From Heptranchias perlo (Eukaryota): DNA of 64,000 nucleotides. Both the position numbers and the translations under genes were made by a program. Below the pieces are notes generated by a model. That model was not told the DNA's origin and searched no databases. It worked only from the letters and a program-made list of their open reading frames with translations. Positions 62,766 through 64,000 of the stretch are shown here, in pieces. Where the stretch lies: NCBI RefSeq assembly GCF_035084215.1, contig NC_090332.1:77748001-77812000 (forward strand), given 5' to 3'. Position 1 is the first letter of the stretch; every line of letters starts with the position of its first letter.

Positions 62766-64000
62766 GTGAGACTGTTACCTAATTCTAATGCAGAAGCAAA
62801 CCATCTGTAAAAAGCTGGGAGGGACATCAGGGGCAAGTTCTGGGAGTTGAGGTGGGGGCGGGAGGGGAAGTGGACTATAACCCATATCAAGAAAATAAAC
62901 AGTGGGCACATGTCTTCCTCATCTTGCCCCCTCCCCAGTGGTTGCACCCATTTTCTAATGGTCAAAAAAAGTTTTACTTGGGGGGGGTTGGGAAAAAACA
63001 GAACATTGCAGGCAGGACTCCTTCTCCAGTGATTTGCCTGTCAGAGTTTACAAGAAGACTAATTCAACACAGAAGCGATATTTAATTGACTTTTGTCCAC
63101 TCGACCATTAGGGGAGGCCTTTTCACCATTGCCTGGACACATGCCAACACCTTTAGCGAAAGCAGACGAAGTAGATCATGCTGCCGAGTCTCCTTGAGCA
63201 CCACCGTTGTCCTGTGTTTAGGCAACAGGTGGGACAAGCCTTGTCTGACTTACTATGCTGAGACGGAACAGTCCAGTCCAGTCCAGCAATGAAGCCTCCA
63301 GATTATGGTGAACCGGAGTGAACAGCCTGCTGTATAACCTGAGCCCATTTACGCCCTTTCTATTCCAAGGATTGGTCTATGACCACGAGGCCTGATCCTT
63401 TTAACGGTCAAGGTCAGGTGATGCGTGTGACCTCTGCGATGTAATCAGTCCTGTCAGCTTTCTTCCTCTGCTGGAGTTTATTCATTTTCCAAAGGAATGA
63501 TCCTCCTTCATATTTTTCTACTTGCTGTAAAGTTCCAATCTCTTTAATGTATCTGCTCTTTGTGCTGAAATAGTGCTGAGTGAGTCTTTGCATAATTTTT
63601 CTTTCTTCATTTTTTCCACCTGTGATGTAATGTAAAATTTTGCAAAGTAGACTTAGAAAAGAAACCCCCCAGAAAATTACATTAAATGCCTATTAAATTT
63701 GGATGGACAAATTGACAGTGGACTTCATTTTGTCTCTTCACTCTCTTTTGAAATGCCGTTATCATCCATTTCAGGACTTGCTATTGAATTGTGTTACAAT
63801 AAAGCAATGCTGTTTCCACTTTACAAGATGATTGCTAATACACCTCCATGGCTTGAAGCAGTTCTGTCTGATACACAGTTACTCAGAGGTTATGTTCAGA
63901 GCTTTGCCAGTCAATCATACAGCATGTCTCCACACATTTGAAGATCCAAGTAAATTGAATCAGCACTTCTGGCTTTCTTTGAGGAATTGAGACTCCGTTC

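Noticed and set aside
62766-64000. Next SLC24 exon (FIYDE..WWES) and, in 1-7325, the preceding exon (ALAIVCDD..)
   Set aside because: Not found by eye; probably outside the window

Overview
Eukaryotic, repeat-rich vertebrate DNA, most likely from a cartilaginous fish (inferred from the DeuSINE/SacSINE1-like SINEs, CR1/L2 LINE tails, Penelope elements and Harbinger MITEs). The only host gene I can support is three internal coding exons of a K+-dependent Na+/Ca2+ exchanger (SLC24A3/NCKX3-like) on the + strand: 7326-7410, 10824-10927 and 62691-62765. They splice in frame, and the second intron is about 51.8 kb. The rest is intronic: CR1, L2 and another LINE, DeuSINEs, two Penelope families, PIF/Harbinger remnants and MITEs, and tandem repeats. 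Main observations: (1) minimal hammerhead ribozymes in Penelope termini, including ~100-nt TSD-flanked insertions that are little more than the ribozyme; (2) two copies of a Harbinger-derived element carrying the same CR1 fragment at the same junction; (3) a covarying hairpin flanked by convergent splice-donor-like motifs shared by MITEs with different TIRs; (4) a perfect 86-bp inverted repeat that appears to bracket an inversion, plus a second 91-bp inverted repeat; (5) a young CpG-rich minisatellite arising from a CR1 RT motif. Family assignments are by eye and from recalled consensus motifs; no searches were run, and repeat boundaries without TSDs are approximate.
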